In this document: positions 39,061-49,388 of the stretch, in pieces
Layout: each line of letters opens with the position of its first letter
Position numbering within the stretch: the first letter of the stretch is position 1
DNA from: Spirochaetaceae bacterium
GTDB taxonomy: Bacteria > Spirochaetota > Spirochaetia > DSM-2461
DNA length: 64,000 nt
Assembly (NCBI GenBank): GCA_051531975.1
Contig: JAOPTT010000006.1
Span: 664,315-728,314, forward strand
Reading direction: 5' to 3'
Notes under the pieces: model-generated
What the model saw: the letters and a program-made list of their open reading frames with translations, nothing else
What the model was told of the DNA's origin: nothing
Databases searched by the model: none
Program-made: the position numbers and the translations under genes

Positions 39061-40559
39061 GAGTTCACCTCCGCTGCTCCAGTAGCAATTTTCATTATTC
39101 GAGTCTCCTCAATTTCAGCACCATTTAATATCTGGACTATGCTTCCATCCCGTATTACTGCAACCCTGTGACTTAGTGAGATAAGTTCAGGAAGGTCGGA
39201 AGATACCAAGATAATAGCGAGACCATCATTTGTAAGTTTATCCATAAGCTCGTATATTTCACTCTTTGTTCCTACGTCAATTCCTCTGGTAGGTTCAAGT
39301 AAAATTAAAACTTTACAGCTTCTAGCAAGAGCACGTCCAAGGACTGCTTTTTGCTGATTTCCACCACTTAAGTCACGAATTATTTGGCTTGGATTAGATG
39401 ATCGTATTTTCATTAAATTTGAATATTTACTATATATTTCCTGTTCTTTTTTGGGAGGAAGAAAAAGACCTCCTAAGAAACCTATTTCAGTTAAAGAGTT
39501 TATAGTAAGATTATCTCTTACTCCCATTAAAGGAAATATTCCAGACTCTTTCCGGTCTTCAGTAACATAGGCGATTCCTGCCGCCATAGCATGAGCTGCG
39601 CTTTTTAAACGTACCTGTTTACCATCAATTGAAACTGATCCACTATCTATACTCTCAAGGCCATAAAGTGCGCTACAGATCTCTTCTATACCACACCCCA
39701 TAAGACCACCTAATCCTAATATTTCTCCAGCTTTAACATCAAAGCTTACATTTCTAAAATATGGTTCACGGCTAATATCATTAACCTCAAAGATTTTATC
39801 TTTAATATAATTTCCTGGTTTTCTATAAAAGACTTTTACATCTCTTCCAACCATCATTCTAATAATACTGTCCTCATCCAATTCAGATAATGGGGCTGTA
39901 CCCACTAATTTTCCGTCACGTAGAACAGTAACCCTATCAGATACATCAAAAATTTCTTTCATCCGATGGGATATATACAAGATTGTTTTGCCCTGTTTTT
40001 TAAGGCTACTGATAATACTGAAAAGCCTAACAACTTCCGCATCATTCAATGCCGCGGTTGGCTCATCCATAATAATAACTGAAGCATTTAGACTTACAGC
40101 CTTGGCTATTTCAGTCATCTGCTTCTCGGCAACACTAAGTGTCCCTACTTCAATTTCAGGATTTAAGGGAAGATCTAAGCGAGTTAATAACTCCCTAGTT
40201 TCTTGAATAAGTCTCTTTCGATCTACAAAACCAAACCTTGTTGGTAATCTGTTTGCATATATGTTTTCAGCAACAGATAACTCACTCATTAAATTAAATT
40301 CCTGATAAATAACTGCTATACCTTTTGACTGAGAGTCTACTGGATGTTTAAAACGAACTAATGAACCTTCTACTTCCAGTTCTCCCATATCAGGGACATA
40401 TACCCCGCCAAGAACCTTCATTAGTGTACTTTTCCCAGCCCCATTCTCACCTACTATGGAGTGAGTTTCTCCTACAATGATATCGAGGGAAACATCTGAC
40501 AAAGCTTTGACCCCAGGGAATGTTTTTGTAATATTTTTTAGCCTAACGGCAAACTTCAT
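39057..40559 (-). CDS. Sugar ABC ATP-binding protein (RbsA-like)
   Basis: GENGAGKSTL, IMDEPT, LSGGNQQK, EPTRGIDVG. Confidence 0.95.
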   Translation of the reverse strand: MKFAVRLKNITKTFPGVKALSDVSLDIIVGETHSIVGENGAGKSTLMKVLGGVYVPDMGELEVEGSLVRFKHPVDSQSKGIAVIYQEFNLMSELSVAENIYANRLPTRFGFVDRKRLIQETRELLTRLDLPLNPEIEVGTLSVAEKQMTEIAKAVSLNASVIIMDEPTAALNDAEVVRLFSIISSLKKQGKTILYISHRMKEIFDVSDRVTVLRDGKLVGTAPLSELDEDSIIRMMVGRDVKVFYRKPGNYIKDKIFEVNDISREPYFRNVSFDVKAGEILGLGGLMGCGIEEICSALYGLESIDSGSVSIDGKQVRLKSAAHAMAAGIAYVTEDRKESGIFPLMGVRDNLTINSLTEIGFLGGLFLPPKKEQEIYSKYSNLMKIRSSNPSQIIRDLSGGNQQKAVLGRALARSCKVLILLEPTRGIDVGTKSEIYELMDKLTNDGLAIILVSSDLPELISLSHRVAVIRDGSIVQILNGAEIEETRIMKIATGAAEVNS

Positions 40560-40635
40560 ACTTACCTCCAAATATAAAAGCCAGCAGTAACTCTAAAAAA
40601 TAACTGCCGGCTATATTTATTCTATTAAATTAAAA

Positions 40636-41568
40636 CTATTCTACGTTATCTGCTGTAATTAGATTTACAGGAACATAAATTTCTCTATCCGCTTTATTAT
40701 CATAATCTAAAGCCAAACCCTTTATAGCTTTGTCTGCAAGTAGAACAGTCATCTTACCCATTTCATAAGGAATCTGCTGAACTGTTGCTGCCATAGTACC
40801 GGCCTTGATTGCGTCCATTGCCACACCATCACCATTAAAACCAATAATCATAATATCATTACGTCCTGCATCAACTGCAGCTTGAGCTGCTGCTGCTGCC
40901 ATAGGATCATTTTCAGCAAATACAGCTTGAATCCCTGGATGTGCAACTAAAATATCTTGCATAATACTGTAACCTTCTTCTGGTTTACTGTGCCCAGAAA
41001 GTTCAGATACAACTTTGTAACCTGCATCAGTTACAGCTTTTTTAAATCCTTCACCACGTCGGATAGCATATACAGCTGAAGGTTCAACTTTAATAATAGC
41101 TACTTCCATAGAACCATTTGTACCTTTTAATTGATCAATTACAAATTCACCAGCAAGAGCACCACCACCAAAGTTATCAGAAATAACAATAGCGTCATAA
41201 TTAGAACCACCACCACCAATATCATCTAAAATTACAGGAATTCCAGCTTCATGTGCTGATTCTACAACTGGACCTACAGCCGGAGGTTTAACCGGAGAAA
41301 CTATTAGAGCATCGATACCTTGAACAATTAGATCCTGACAACCTGAAACCATTAAAGCTTCGTCAGATTTTTGATCATGTAATATAAATTCATAACCTAA
41401 ACTTTCTGCCATCTCTCTTGTTCCTCTTTCCATTTCCTGAAAGAATCCATACTGCATGTCGTAAACTGAGAACCCTATAGTCATCTTTTTACTTTCATTT
41501 TGACTCGCTGCAAATAATGTATTGGCACTAACAACCAATATCATAACAACCACTAACAATTTTTTCAT
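40636..41568 (-). CDS. Sugar ABC substrate-binding protein (RbsB-like)
   Basis: Signal peptide; SDNFGGG, AENDPMA, TVQQIPYEMG. Confidence 0.9.
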   Translation of the reverse strand: MKKLLVVVMILVVSANTLFAASQNESKKMTIGFSVYDMQYGFFQEMERGTREMAESLGYEFILHDQKSDEALMVSGCQDLIVQGIDALIVSPVKPPAVGPVVESAHEAGIPVILDDIGGGGSNYDAIVISDNFGGGALAGEFVIDQLKGTNGSMEVAIIKVEPSAVYAIRRGEGFKKAVTDAGYKVVSELSGHSKPEEGYSIMQDILVAHPGIQAVFAENDPMAAAAAQAAVDAGRNDIMIIGFNGDGVAMDAIKAGTMAATVQQIPYEMGKMTVLLADKAIKGLALDYDNKADREIYVPVNLITADNVE

Positions 41569-41661
41569 TTTAAGCCTCCTAAGCTAATTAAATTAAGTTT
41601 AAGGGTGATTTAACCATAAGACCATGTACAATAAAGGCAACATGATATACATTTTTAACAT

Positions 41662-42606
41662 ATGCCAATAGATTTACGGTTTTTCAGGAAATATCTGCAC
41701 ATAAACGATGCAGCTAGAGAATGGGGTCTTTGGTGTACCGATGCAGGTGCAACAGAAATAAATCCTGATGACAACTACCCTAAACTTCCCGATACACATC
41801 CAGACTCTTTTTCTAAAGATTTATCTAAAGGTCGTGGTCGTATTATTCAAGAATTTCAACTTATTTATATAACTCAGGGAAAAGGTCATTTTCAATGGAT
41901 GGCAAATGATGGGAAAGTATCTGAATTAGAAGTCGAAGCTGGCTCTGCATTAATTCTCTATCCAGGAATATGGCACTCTTATGCACCGGATAAGAGTACC
42001 GGATGGCATGAGTACTGGGTTGGATTTCAAGGTGAAATACCTGAAAAACTACAGCGAAAAATGTTATTAAATTCAGAGTCTCCACTCTCTTCAATAGGTC
42101 TGCATGAAGACCTTATCACTGATTATAAAGAAATTTTCAATCTTATACATGAAGAACCTCCAGCTTTTCAAATGATTATTAGCGGCATTATCTTAAAAAT
42201 GCTTGGACGTGTAACAAGTCTTAATCAGGGTGGAGGCATGGCCCATGGAGTAGAAAGAGCTGTACGAATGGCAAAGGTTTACTTCGAAGAACATCTTGAA
42301 GAAGAGCTTATTATTGAAGACCTCATTGAACATGTGGGTATGAGTTATAGTACTTTTCAACGTTCATTCAAGGAATATACAGGCTTATCTCCTTACCGAT
42401 ATTTTTTACAGTTAAAGATTCACGAAGCTTGTCTACTACTACTTAATCAAGTTCCAGTAAAAGATATTGCATTTAGACTATCCTTTAAGAACCCATATTA
42501 TTTTTCTAGGCTTTTTAAAAATAAAACCGGCCTCACACCTACTGAATGGCAGCGTGGAGCCCTTCTTTCTCAAGAAAAACCTACCATGGCAATAAATAAC
42601 CTCTAG
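41662..42606 (+). CDS. AraC family regulator divergent from the ABC operon
   Basis: FQLIYITQGKG, FKEYTGLSP, FKNPYYFSRLFKNKTGLTP. Confidence 0.9.
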   Translation: MPIDLRFFRKYLHINDAAREWGLWCTDAGATEINPDDNYPKLPDTHPDSFSKDLSKGRGRIIQEFQLIYITQGKGHFQWMANDGKVSELEVEAGSALILYPGIWHSYAPDKSTGWHEYWVGFQGEIPEKLQRKMLLNSESPLSSIGLHEDLITDYKEIFNLIHEEPPAFQMIISGIILKMLGRVTSLNQGGGMAHGVERAVRMAKVYFEEHLEEELIIEDLIEHVGMSYSTFQRSFKEYTGLSPYRYFLQLKIHEACLLLLNQVPVKDIAFRLSFKNPYYFSRLFKNKTGLTPTEWQRGALLSQEKPTMAINNL

Positions 42607-42782
42607 ACATATGATCATTCTCTTTTTTTGACTAACTAATATAAATATTTTACTACAAAGTGACCTATTCTTAAATTATGTTTAATTATATAGAGAGTTC
42701 ATCTACTGCATATATAGCAACTTTAAATATTTTGATGAAGGATTATAGAAATAAAATTGATTCTTTATAGGAGAGATATAGA

Positions 42783-45107
42783 ATGAGGAAAACTAATTCT
42801 AATCAATCAGGACAAAACAAACATATAAAAAAACAATTGAATCTTACAAATAACGACATGGAAGGATTTTTCAATATTATTCCTTCTATGCTTGCTATCG
42901 CCTCAGATGATGGTTATTTAAAAAAAATAAACTCGGAATGGACGAGGATTCTGGGATTTTCAGAAGAGGAACTTTTATCAAAACCACTTTTTGATTTTAT
43001 TCACCCCGAAGATATTGCTCCAACATTAAAAGAGATTGGAAGACAACAAGCCGGTTTTAGTACTATTAATTTTATCAATAGATATAGGTGTAAAGACGGA
43101 TCGTACCGGTTCATAGAATGGGAATCTACTCCTGCATCTAATGGATTTCTTTATGCATCTGGACGAGATATTACCGAAAGTAAAAAGGTTGAAGAGGATA
43201 TAAAAAGAAGAGAAGAACAATATTATGCACTTTCAGAAAATAATCCAGACAATATTATGCGATATGATAAAAAATTACGCCATATTTATGCAAATCAATC
43301 TACATTGCATGTATCAGGATTTACTGAAGATGAATATATTGGAAAAACACATAGAGAACTTGGATATCCTGAAGATTTATGTGAATTCTGGGAAGGAATA
43401 ATCAAAAGAGTCTTTAAAACTGGTGAGAATCATTCAGAAATATTTGAATGGCAGGGGGTAGATAAATTAATGACACTTGAATGGAGATGTATACCAGAAT
43501 TTGCAACTGATGGATCGGTTGAATCCGTTTTAGCTATTTCCAGAGATGTTACAGAAAGAAAAAATGTGGAGAACCAACTAATTGAAAGCGAAAATAGATT
43601 TAGACGTGCTGTTGAAAAAAGTCCATTTCCCATAATGATTCATGCTGAAGATGGTGAGGTCTTATCAATAAGCAATACATGGACAGAATTAAGTGGTTAC
43701 ACTCATGATGATATCCCGACAATAAGTATTTGGACTGAGAAAGCTTATGGTATCCAAAAAAAAATGGTTACCCAGGATATAAATGCTCTTTATGATCTTC
43801 AGCACCGTAAATCAGAAGGAGAATATGAAGTAAATTGTTCTGACGGATCCAAAAAGATTTGGGATTTCAGTTCTATCTCATTGGGTAGATTACCAGACAA
43901 TCGGCGAATAGCGATGAGTATGGCTGCAGATGTTACAGATCGAATAAAAGCAGAGGTAGATAAAGATAAATTACAGCAACAGCTCAATCATAAAAGCAAA
44001 ATGGACTCGATTGGAGAACTTGCAGGAGGAATGGCACATGATTTTAATAATGTTTTAACTGGAATAATGAGTGCTTCTCAACTACTTAGTTTACCTACAA
44101 GTGGACTAAGTGAGAATAACCTTAAATATGTCGGTATGATTTCTCAAGCATCAGTTCGTGCTTCTGAACTTATCAGTAAAATGCTTGCTTTTAGCCGGAA
44201 AGGTAAAATAGTAACAACGACTCTAAATATTCATGAGATTCTGAATGATTTAGTTGAAATATTAGAAGGAACGATAGATAAAAAAATTACTCTTTCAGTA
44301 GTAAAAGAAGCACCAAATTATAATTTTACAGGTGATCTCTCTGCAATTGAAAGTGCATTTCTAAATTTAGGAATTAATGCCAGTCATGCGATGCCAGATG
44401 GAGGGACAATACAATTTAAAACATTTAATACTTTCCTAGATCAGAAATATTGTGATTCAAGTTCTTTTGAGATTAAACCTGGAAATTATTTACGGATAGA
44501 AATTAAAGATACAGGTTGCGGAATTCCAAAAGTTAATTTAGATAAAATATTTAATCCTTTTTACTCAACAAAGGAACAGGGTAAAGGCACAGGTCTCGGT
44601 TTGTCTGCAGTTTATGGTACGATACAAGATCACGATGGTAGTATCGAGGTTAATAGCGAAGTAGGATTAGGTACAACTTTTAATATTTTACTACCTTGTT
44701 CTGAACATTTAATTAAACAAGTGAAGGATATAAAACCAATACTAACTGGAGCTGGAACAATATTACTTGTTGATGATGAAGAACTTAATAGAATCTTGAA
44801 TCAAGAAATCCTAGAATTACTTGGATACAAAGTTTTACTAGCTAAAGACGGGCTGGAATCAATAGAGATTTTCAGTAAAAAACATTCTGAAATTGATATA
44901 GTTCTTATGGATATGATTATGCCGAAAATGAATGGAGCTGAAGCTTTTACAAAAATGAGAACAATAGATGGAAATTGTAAAGTAATTATTACATCAGGTT
45001 ATATTAAAGATGAGAAGATTGATGAGTTAATAAAATTGGGTTTAGCTGGATTTATTAGTAAACCCTATAAAATTTCTGAAATCAGTCAGCTTTTAGATAT
45101 CGTTTAG
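42783..45107 (+). CDS. Cytoplasmic multi-PAS hybrid histidine kinase
   Basis: Three PAS/PAC repeats (RDITE, RDVTE, ADVTD), LAGGMAHDFNNVL, receiver domain. Confidence 0.9.
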   Translation: MRKTNSNQSGQNKHIKKQLNLTNNDMEGFFNIIPSMLAIASDDGYLKKINSEWTRILGFSEEELLSKPLFDFIHPEDIAPTLKEIGRQQAGFSTINFINRYRCKDGSYRFIEWESTPASNGFLYASGRDITESKKVEEDIKRREEQYYALSENNPDNIMRYDKKLRHIYANQSTLHVSGFTEDEYIGKTHRELGYPEDLCEFWEGIIKRVFKTGENHSEIFEWQGVDKLMTLEWRCIPEFATDGSVESVLAISRDVTERKNVENQLIESENRFRRAVEKSPFPIMIHAEDGEVLSISNTWTELSGYTHDDIPTISIWTEKAYGIQKKMVTQDINALYDLQHRKSEGEYEVNCSDGSKKIWDFSSISLGRLPDNRRIAMSMAADVTDRIKAEVDKDKLQQQLNHKSKMDSIGELAGGMAHDFNNVLTGIMSASQLLSLPTSGLSENNLKYVGMISQASVRASELISKMLAFSRKGKIVTTTLNIHEILNDLVEILEGTIDKKITLSVVKEAPNYNFTGDLSAIESAFLNLGINASHAMPDGGTIQFKTFNTFLDQKYCDSSSFEIKPGNYLRIEIKDTGCGIPKVNLDKIFNPFYSTKEQGKGTGLGLSAVYGTIQDHDGSIEVNSEVGLGTTFNILLPCSEHLIKQVKDIKPILTGAGTILLVDDEELNRILNQEILELLGYKVLLAKDGLESIEIFSKKHSEIDIVLMDMIMPKMNGAEAFTKMRTIDGNCKVIITSGYIKDEKIDELIKLGLAGFISKPYKISEISQLLDIV

Positions 45108-45192
45108 AATAAGTAAAGTTGATTTTAAATTAATAATAATCTTTTAAGGATACCAATCAACGACAATACTCTTAAAAGCTGACATCTTTGTG

Positions 45193-45858
45193 TTATTTAA
45201 CAAATTCTCTTTGAATAACAATATATGTTTCATCATTAAATGAGCCTATATCAGAAGCATATTTCAACTTAGGTGCAGTATCCAAGTTATCCAGAATTTC
45301 ATAAATCTCATCATCCAATCCATAAAATGCAAATTGAATATATTCTCCTCTGATAATTATATTAAAAAAACCTGGAACTTCTGATAATTGTTTCGCAACT
45401 GCAATAGGGAAGTTTTCATCGCCATTTAAAATTTCTATATTTCCTGCTAAAAATGAATCAGATGATCTAATACTTTGGGAATCCACAGTGCTTTTATGCA
45501 CAATATAATTTCCGACATAATCAGTACGTACGGCATAGATACCAAAAGTTTCTTGGGTTTCTTCTATTAACTCATCAAATGACTGCCCACTATCAGAGTT
45601 ATAAACAAACTGCAGACACCATGGTGGTCCACCGTATGGACGGATAACAAGGGATAAGAAACCTGGGTCTTTTGCCCATGAGTGTGCAATCTCACTGAGT
45701 CTCTCAGGACCTAACCTATCTCTTGTCTCATTTTCTGCAAATGCAATTATTCCTGCAGCACCAGTTGCATTATAATCATTAATCGTTTGAGCGTTCAGTA
45801 AACTTGTAGATAAAAAAATAAATGTCATAAGTATCAAATATAAAGCTGATTTTTTCAT
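45193..45858 (-). CDS. Exported hypothetical protein
   Basis: Signal peptide MKKSALYLILMTFIFLSTSLLNA; AGGAG RBS. Confidence 0.65.
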   Translation of the reverse strand: MKKSALYLILMTFIFLSTSLLNAQTINDYNATGAAGIIAFAENETRDRLGPERLSEIAHSWAKDPGFLSLVIRPYGGPPWCLQFVYNSDSGQSFDELIEETQETFGIYAVRTDYVGNYIVHKSTVDSQSIRSSDSFLAGNIEILNGDENFPIAVAKQLSEVPGFFNIIIRGEYIQFAFYGLDDEIYEILDNLDTAPKLKYASDIGSFNDETYIVIQREFVK

Positions 45859-46102
45859 GAGAACTCCTTTAAAGTCTATAGTTTAAATATAGAGAGTAAA
45901 AAATTGGTTGTAAATAATAATATATTCAAAATAAATATTTAGTGATTTTCCAATATTTACATTAACAACAGTAATGACTGATAAACTAAATGAGAGGGTT
46001 ACACTTATTACATTTTGCTGGGTTGAGCTTTTATTTCCAATAAATGTCAGGTATATGGACATTTATGATTGACTTATACCTATTATGAGGTAAAATGTCA
46101 TT

Positions 46103-46774
46103 ATGGAAGACATTAATGTCACATACAAAGAGAGCCAAACTAAAGCTAAAACAAGACAAACAATCTTATCAAAGAGTCTAAATCTATTTACTTCAAATAG
46201 TATAGAGAGTGTATCACTTGTGGAAATAGCCAAAGTCTGTGATATCACAACAAGGAATTTATATAGATATTACCCTTCTAAGGAGTTTCTAGTTATAGAT
46301 TGTACATATTTTTGTTTTTATAATTCTCAACTTTCTAATTCATTTGAGTTGGATACATCCACGACCGGTTTATATCAGCTAAAGTCAATTATGATTAGTT
46401 TAATTAATTTAAAAGAAGACAAAACAGAGGATATTGGTTTTACAAAATACATAATGTATTTTGATATATACATTTCCACCCTCTCTAAAACCCACCCTGC
46501 ATTTATTAAATATACAAAAGAGTATTTACCATTTATTGAGGAGGAAGATAGATATCCTATTAAATCCGCTTTGATGTGTGGAATTAAAGATGGAACTATT
46601 AATATAAAAGAAGAAGAGATTGATCTATATGATACATATATTCTTCAATCCATTTTTAGTCTTTTAATGAGAATAAATATTAAAGAATATGAAAATAAAA
46701 AAATTAATGAATCCCTTGTATATAAACACATTGAAATAATTTTAGAACACTTAGGAGTAAACAGTGAAAATTAG
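46103..46774 (+). CDS. TetR/AcrR family regulator
   Basis: VSLVEIAKVCDITTRNLYRYYPSKE. Confidence 0.85.
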   Translation: MEDINVTYKESQTKAKTRQTILSKSLNLFTSNSIESVSLVEIAKVCDITTRNLYRYYPSKEFLVIDCTYFCFYNSQLSNSFELDTSTTGLYQLKSIMISLINLKEDKTEDIGFTKYIMYFDIYISTLSKTHPAFIKYTKEYLPFIEEEDRYPIKSALMCGIKDGTINIKEEEIDLYDTYILQSIFSLLMRINIKEYENKKINESLVYKHIEIILEHLGVNSEN

Positions 46775-49190
46775 CATTAACAATCTATTAAAAGAGTTAA
46801 CATTGGAAGAGAAGGCAAGTCTTTGCTCAGGAAAAGATTTCTGGCATTTAAAAGGTATAGAAAGGCTTAATATCCCATCTATAATGGTTACTGATGGTCC
46901 CCACGGTTTACGAAAACAAGAGGCAAAGGGAGACCATGTAGGGTTAGGAGGAAGTGTAAAAGCTACTTGTTTCCCAACAGCTTCAGCTACTGCCAGTTCC
47001 TGGGATATAGATATGATGGAAGAGATGGGTGTGGCACTTGGAGAGGAGTGTCTAGCTGAAGATGTATCTGTTCTTTTAGGCCCTGGAGTTAATATTAAAA
47101 GATCCCCACTATGTGGTAGAAATTTTGAATATATATCAGAAGACCCATATGTTACTGGTAAAATGGGAGCAGCCCTAGTTAACGGTATACAGAGCCAAGG
47201 GATAGGAACATCACTTAAACATTTTGCTCTTAATAATCAAGAACATAGACGAATGGTTACAGATTCTGTAGTAGATGAGAGAACACTAAGAGAGATCTAT
47301 CTACCTGGTTTTGAAGAAGTAATTAAAAAAGCTGGGCCCTGGACAGTAATGTGTGCTTATAACAAAATTGAAGGTGAATACTGTAGTGATAATAAGAAAT
47401 TATTAACTGATATATTAAAAGATGAGTGGGGTCATACTGGTTTAGTAGTTACCGACTGGGGTGCATGTAATGACAGAGTTCAGGGTATTAAAGCCGGGCT
47501 TGAATTAGAGATGCCTTCAAGTGGTGGTATAAATGATAAGTTAATTGTGGAAGCTGTTAACAGTGGTAATTTAACAGTACAGGAGCTTGATAAAGTTGTA
47601 AGCAGAGTACTGGATCTAATTTTTAAATCTGAAGAAGCAAAAAAACCGGATTTTAATTATGATAAAGATGTACATAATGAACTTGCAAGGAAAGTTGCAG
47701 GAAACTCAGCAGTTCTACTAAAAAATAGTAATAACTTTTTACCACTAATTAATACTGAAAATATACTTATTGTGGGAGAGTTTGCCAAAACTCCAAGATA
47801 TCAGGGTGCTGGAAGTTCATTTATCAATCCACATAAGATAACAAGTTCTCTAGATGAGTTTGATAAACTGGGTATAAAATATGATTACAAACAGGGATAT
47901 AACATAAGTTCAGATATACCAGATAATAACCTTATTATAGAGGCTGTTAATTCATCAAAAGGAAAAGGTACTGTTATTATATTTGCAGGTTTAACAGATG
48001 ATTATGAATCAGAAGGCTTTGATAGGATACATATCGATCTTCCTGACAGTCATACTAGTTTAATAAAATCTCTAGCCGAAGTGAATAATAATGTAATTGT
48101 TGTATTACAAAATGGTGCTCCAGTTTCTATGCCATGGAAAGATAGCGTCAACTCAATTTTAGAGTGTTACCTTGGGGGACAGGCTGGTGGAGCTGCTGCT
48201 GTAGATATACTTTTAGGAAAAGTAAATCCAAGTGGAAAGTTAGCTGAAACGTTTCCTATTAAAATTGAAGATGATCTAGCAACAAACTGGTTTGGAATGG
48301 GACCTAAAACTGTGGAGTATCGTGAGAGTATTTATGTTGGATACCGTTATTATGACACTGCAAAAAAAGATGTTTTATTTCCTTTTGGGTATGGTTTAAG
48401 TTATACAGAGTTTGAGTATTCTAATCTAAAACTGGACAAAACAGAAATGACTGAAAGTGAAACATTAACAGTTAGTCTAAATGTTAAAAATACCGGTTCA
48501 CTAGCAGGAAAAGAGATAGTTCAGTTATATGTTAATGATACAAAGAGTATTATATTCAGACCTGAAAAAGAACTTAAAGAATTTACTAAAGTTGATCTTA
48601 ACCCTGGAGAACAAAAAAATGTAACATTTAAATTAAGTAAAAGGGATTTTGCATATTACAATGTGGATGAAAAAGACTGGGTAATAGAGAGCGGAAACTT
48701 TAAAATATTATTAGGAGCATCCAGTAGAGATATTAGGCTAGAAGCTGAGTTAACTGTAAATTCATCATCTGAAATTAAGACACCAGATCTTAGAAATTTA
48801 ACTCCTGAATATTACAACATTAAAGATATTAAAAATATAAAAGATGGAAGTTTTACACACCTTTTAGGTCGGGAAATCCCAATGCAAAATATGGCAAAGG
48901 GGGAACTGTTTAATATAACTTCAACTGTAGGGGATGTAAGCAATACCTTTATTGGTAAAAAACTGTATAAACTAATTCTGAAAAACTTTTTAAAAACATC
49001 AGGAAATGAAGAGAAGATTGATCCAACTATGGAAAGAATGATGACAGCCATAATTTTTGACATGCCACTACGAAGTCTTATTTTAATGAGTGGAGGAAAA
49101 TTCAGTACAAAAGCGATAAATGGTGTAATTCATATGATAAACTCCAGGTATTTAAAGGGTATTATCACTTTGCTTAAACCAGGTAAATAA
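46764..49190 (+). CDS. GH3 beta-glucosidase
   Basis: TDGPHGLRK, GRNFEYISEDP, SLKHFA, VVTDWG, ESEGFDR, FPFGYGLSYT, Fn3-like tail. Confidence 0.95.
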   Translation: MKISINNLLKELTLEEKASLCSGKDFWHLKGIERLNIPSIMVTDGPHGLRKQEAKGDHVGLGGSVKATCFPTASATASSWDIDMMEEMGVALGEECLAEDVSVLLGPGVNIKRSPLCGRNFEYISEDPYVTGKMGAALVNGIQSQGIGTSLKHFALNNQEHRRMVTDSVVDERTLREIYLPGFEEVIKKAGPWTVMCAYNKIEGEYCSDNKKLLTDILKDEWGHTGLVVTDWGACNDRVQGIKAGLELEMPSSGGINDKLIVEAVNSGNLTVQELDKVVSRVLDLIFKSEEAKKPDFNYDKDVHNELARKVAGNSAVLLKNSNNFLPLINTENILIVGEFAKTPRYQGAGSSFINPHKITSSLDEFDKLGIKYDYKQGYNISSDIPDNNLIIEAVNSSKGKGTVIIFAGLTDDYESEGFDRIHIDLPDSHTSLIKSLAEVNNNVIVVLQNGAPVSMPWKDSVNSILECYLGGQAGGAAAVDILLGKVNPSGKLAETFPIKIEDDLATNWFGMGPKTVEYRESIYVGYRYYDTAKKDVLFPFGYGLSYTEFEYSNLKLDKTEMTESETLTVSLNVKNTGSLAGKEIVQLYVNDTKSIIFRPEKELKEFTKVDLNPGEQKNVTFKLSKRDFAYYNVDEKDWVIESGNFKILLGASSRDIRLEAELTVNSSSEIKTPDLRNLTPEYYNIKDIKNIKDGSFTHLLGREIPMQNMAKGELFNITSTVGDVSNTFIGKKLYKLILKNFLKTSGNEEKIDPTMERMMTAIIFDMPLRSLILMSGGKFSTKAINGVIHMINSRYLKGIITLLKPGK

Positions 49191-49196
49191 AAAGAT

Positions 49197-49246
49197 ATAT
49201 AGGTGATAAATATAACTTCTATGAAGCCCGTGTTTATCACCTATAT
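49197..49246 (+). terminator. Hairpin after the GH3 gene
   Basis: ATATAGGTGATAAA...TTTATCACCTATAT. Confidence 0.6.
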
Positions 49247-49388
49247 ACTCCCAAAGTCTTAGTGAAGAGGCAATTATATAGGCAAGATTGCTATGTTATG
49301 GTATTTAATTTAGGTTTTGTAGGGGACAAATTATAGTTAACAGATGTATTAATTTGACTGTTGCATTTGTCCATTATACAATCTATTT